A DNA stretch of 50,303 nucleotides, taken from positions 124,001 through 174,303 of the forward strand of contig NW_024704840.1 in assembly GCF_018977255.1 (NCBI RefSeq), given 5' to 3'. Below the pieces are notes generated by a model that made no database searches, was not told where the DNA came from, and saw only the letters and a list, made by a program, of their open reading frames with translations. Below are positions 47,131 through 50,303 of the stretch, in pieces (position 1 is the stretch's first letter; each line of letters begins with the position of its first letter). This stretch comes from Callorhinchus milii. Lineage: Eukaryota. A program made the translations under genes and the position numbers.

Positions 47131-47186
47131 AGCCAAAAAGCCCCATCAATCCACATTGGGGAGTTAATGTCAGACACGGGATCAGG

Positions 47187-47968
47187 ATGCTGATGTGGGA
47201 GACATGTGCTGTGCTCTCAATCACTCTCAGCTTACTTTACCGTTAGTATCTTTTGTACATCTTCCTTTCTTAATATCGTGTTATACCATTTACAACATTA
47301 TAATATTAATAATCTTTGCATTTGATACAGTGCCTTATCGTATATTCGAGCCGATTGCGAATAGCAGCTTTTATCGAATAATCATGGATTGAGTGATCAC
47401 ATTACTATCTATTTTATTATTGATTTATTATTGAAGGGCTAGTTACCAACTGGAAAAGAGAGGCGCCAATCGGCTGACAAATTTGTTCCTATTGATTGCT
47501 TGGTAAACAGAGGCATATGGAGCAAGGAAAATTGCCTAAGCTTTCGCCCTGCCCCAGTATAAAAGTCGAATCTCTTGCTTGTGAGGCGAATGCTCCCATC
47601 AAACACTACAGGACTCCACGTAAGTCAAATTTTCTGCTCAACAATATTTTCCTTTAAATCACAGGAGTCAGCCTGCAAGACACGGGGAAACAACCGATTG
47701 CTGAAATATCAGTTGAAGAGGGAAAATTTGTGAAATTATCCTGCACCTTAAAGAAAATCAGTGATGCCACCTATCTTTACTGGTACAGACAAGCTTCCAG
47801 AAACGCTCCTGTCTACATACTTCAGTCTGCTGTAGGGAAGGATTATATGAGCCCTGACTTCCCAGATCGATTTTCCTCCATAGTCAATAATACTAATGAA
47901 GATTTCGAACTGAGTATAGTCAACGTCCTGATCAGGGACAGTGCCGTGTATTACTGCGCCAAGCGGCC
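47187..47968 (+). CDS. TCR V segment V11 (family E); probable leader 47187-47241, V exon 47665-47968
   Basis: MLMWETCAVLSITLSLLY c|gttagt (weaker donor); acag|ga. VSLQDTGKQP...KLSCTLKKISDATYLYWYRQ...FPDRFSS...DSAVYYCAKR. Confidence 0.85.
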
Positions 47969-48007
47969 CACACCGCTGCGGTGCTATGGCGGCTCCGTAG
48001 AATAACT
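47969..48007 (+). other. Degenerate 23-RSS of V11
   Basis: CACACCG, 23 nt, AGAATAACT. Confidence 0.7.
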
Positions 48008-49612
48008 TGAACAGGTTAATATGCTGTTTTACGCGAGGGGGCGACGTTGCATTAAAGCAAAAATAACACAACTTTTATATCTGCTTAAATATAGGGAAAA
48101 CCTGTCAAGCCGTTTCGAAACTCATGGAGAAATATTGCTTGAGTTTGAAATCCATGATTTGTAGAATGCAAGCAACGCTTAACATGTGATCATTGCAACA
48201 AATCAGTGAAATATGTCGAGATGCATCAGTGTGTTAGTTAGATATTCACTGCGCAAGGGAGAAGACCGTGGTCCGATTCTCGGTCGGAAGTAAACGTTGC
48301 GTACGTTTCTTTGCTCCACACACATGCCTCTGTATACCTAGCAGAAGGTGGAACGCGGTTGTCAGTCGATTGGCCAATCGCTTTTCCTGGAGTAATAATC
48401 CCTTAGAACATGATATTAACAACAATGATTTTTGTCAACAGACTACCACGTTATGCACCCCAAAACTACAGTCACTACACTGTGCAACATAGCTTGCGAA
48501 GCGCTTATTGTCGTCCCATTGGCATGATAAGACTTTGTATCAAACGAAAACATTAAGATTGGGATAAATATTATTACTTTGGGACCAGCTTAAACAAGGT
48601 ATTGCTGTTTCTGACTACTGGATGCGTTGGTGCGCTATATTTTGACCAGACATCACTGGCTGAAAGGCAGGTGAAATGGTTCAATAAGCCATATTCCAGG
48701 ACTCACTTCGAATGGTTTTCAGAAGTTGCCATCCTAGTCCCGTTCCTTGGTTCATACTTCCCATTCTGAACAAAAGATGTTCTCGAAAGCTGCAGTATTG
48801 GAATCAAAGTTCATTACAAATTGTAGGTGATCAGTCCGCACCATGTAATGGTGCATCAGGATTCTCTGACACTTCTGGTTTCACAGTTCCGGGGAAGCAC
48901 TTTCTTATATCCTAAAAATTCTACACTTGTTCACTGCACAATCTTGAGGACATATCTATCTCATTCCCTTCACCATCAGTTCTCTCATTCGCTGTTCCTG
49001 CAAGTATTCGACTTATCGAAGTCTTTGCTCAGGACACCTGGATCCAATATCTCCGTTTTTAGAGCCCACACTTCGCAATCAGGAGATGTCGTTTCCATTC
49101 TCGTCAGCGCGAAATTTTGGGCAGGTTTCGTTGCTCCACACACCACTGTTTAGCACTCAGATTAGGACGAACATGTTCAGCAGTCGGTTGGCGGATCGCT
49201 TTTACAATTCTTTGAAAAAAATAATAATAAATTGGTTATTCAATCCACGATTCTTTGTGCGATACAATCGTTCCCAATTGGCTTCGCTCTAGAATTACAC
49301 TGTCAATAAATTTTACAGTATATTCTGTGAAACAATTCGAAAAGTATCATTTCCGTCATTGTAACACGGTCTCTCAACACTGTGTCTTTCACACATTACT
49401 ATAGTTTGCCACAGCGAGGAGAAGGGAATCTGAACATAAACGGTAGTAGGAGTCGCAATACACCTCCAGCAATGAACAGAGACAAGATAATGACGCGGAG
49501 ATAAGAGACAACTCCTCCAATGAACAAACGTTTATCAGCCAGACGCTACGTTTAGATAAATTCTCGTTGCATTTCAACGGAAGATATTGACGTGAATCGA
49601 CGGCAGTTGAGA

Positions 49613-50072
49613 ATGAAGCAGAATTGCAATGCAAAATATATTATTTTGAATGTAATAGTGTTCCTACGGTGTGAGTAGATGATGCTTGTGTGCAAGCAAA
49701 AGCTTTTATTTCCTGATAAATAATTACAAACTGTAGTGGCAGATGTTTTCCGAATTCCTTTCCAAAAATATTCATTTCTACTTTCTTTCCAGGTGTCTTG
49801 GCTGCAAGTGATGTCTCCCAGACACCTCAGGCCGTGACAGTGAATGAAAATGGAAATGTTTCAATGGAATGCATCGCCACTGTGACCAACTCTCTCTTTC
49901 AGTGGTATCAACTTTATGGAAACGGCTCCATTCGGTTCTTGGTTTTGGGAAAAACCGACGTAAATATGAAGGACAGGATAAGAGCTTTGGCTGATCGAAA
50001 ACAGAAAAACTGTACGCTTACAATCGAAGATGTGCGAGTATCAGACACCGCCATTTACGTCTGTGCGGAGGG
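49613..50072 (+). CDS. TCR alpha/delta V segment V12 (family A); leader 49613-49670, V exon 49793-50072
   Basis: MKQNCNAKYIILNVIVFLR t|gtgagt; ccag|gt. VLAASDVSQTP...MECIATVTNSLFQWYQL...KNCTLTIEDVRVSDTAIYVCAEG; close paralogue of V4. Confidence 0.92.
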
Positions 50073-50111
50073 CACAGTGCTGTGTGTCTAAGAGGGACCT
50101 GTACAAAAACA
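50073..50111 (+). other. 23-RSS of V12
   Basis: CACAGTG, 23 nt, ACAAAAACA. Confidence 0.96.
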
Positions 50112-50303
50112 TGTTGGTTTTACTGCTACTCAATGGTTAGAGCACTCGCCTCCCAAGCGTGAGGGCCTGGGTTCGGTTTCCGTCCTGGCAAAATGTTGTG
50201 CTAGTTTTCTTACACCTCATGCGTCTGCTCACATGGCAGTCTGTAGGAAAGTGGATGTTAATTGATTGGCATATCTCTTTTCAGGGTGCAAGAATTGTTT
50301 AAA

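Noticed and set aside
46466-47224. 252-aa minus-strand repetitive ORF
   Set aside because: A by-product of the GC-box tandem array; contains an N and no recognisable domain.
20694-50111. IgH-like V (TAILV/VH-delta) or NAR-TCR V segments
   Set aside because: No segment shows VH-type (WVRQ, LEW) or VNAR-type features; all look like TCR alpha/delta V, and all have leader exons.
20000-50303. D, J or C segments and 12-RSSs
   Set aside because: No FGxG J motif with an upstream RSS and no C1 domain were found by eye; isolated CACTGTG sites (e.g. 11534, 46530) lack nonamers at 12 or 23 nt.

Overview
Eukaryotic (cartilaginous-fish-type) genomic DNA; isolated Ns beside homopolymers and one 195-N gap suggest an older draft assembly, and a chimaera such as Callorhinchus is plausible but unproven. 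The right 30 kb (20.7-50.1 kb) is a T-cell receptor alpha/delta V-segment array. It holds 12 V segments in 5 families (A: V1, V4, V5, V12; B: V2, V3; C: V6, V8, V10; D: V7, V9; E: V11), all on the + strand. Each has a phase-1 leader exon and a 23-bp-spacer RSS. No D, J or C segments were seen, so these should lie beyond the window. The left 20 kb holds two non-rearranging genes. One is a two-exon orphan class A GPCR of the chondrichthyan GPR139-like type. The other is the most interesting object here: a multi-exon receptor read as a shortened SRCR domain, three LRC-type (LILR/OSCAR/GPVI-like) C2 Ig domains, and a transmembrane exon with the N-x-x-R...E signature of FcR-gamma-coupled activating receptors. 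The TM exon is absent from the supplied ORF track. The background is dense in tRNA-Ala-headed DeuSINE-like SINEs (young and old variants), CR1 and L2 LINE fragments, microsatellites, and a 17-bp minisatellite. All coordinates and counts were read by hand; no database searches were run.
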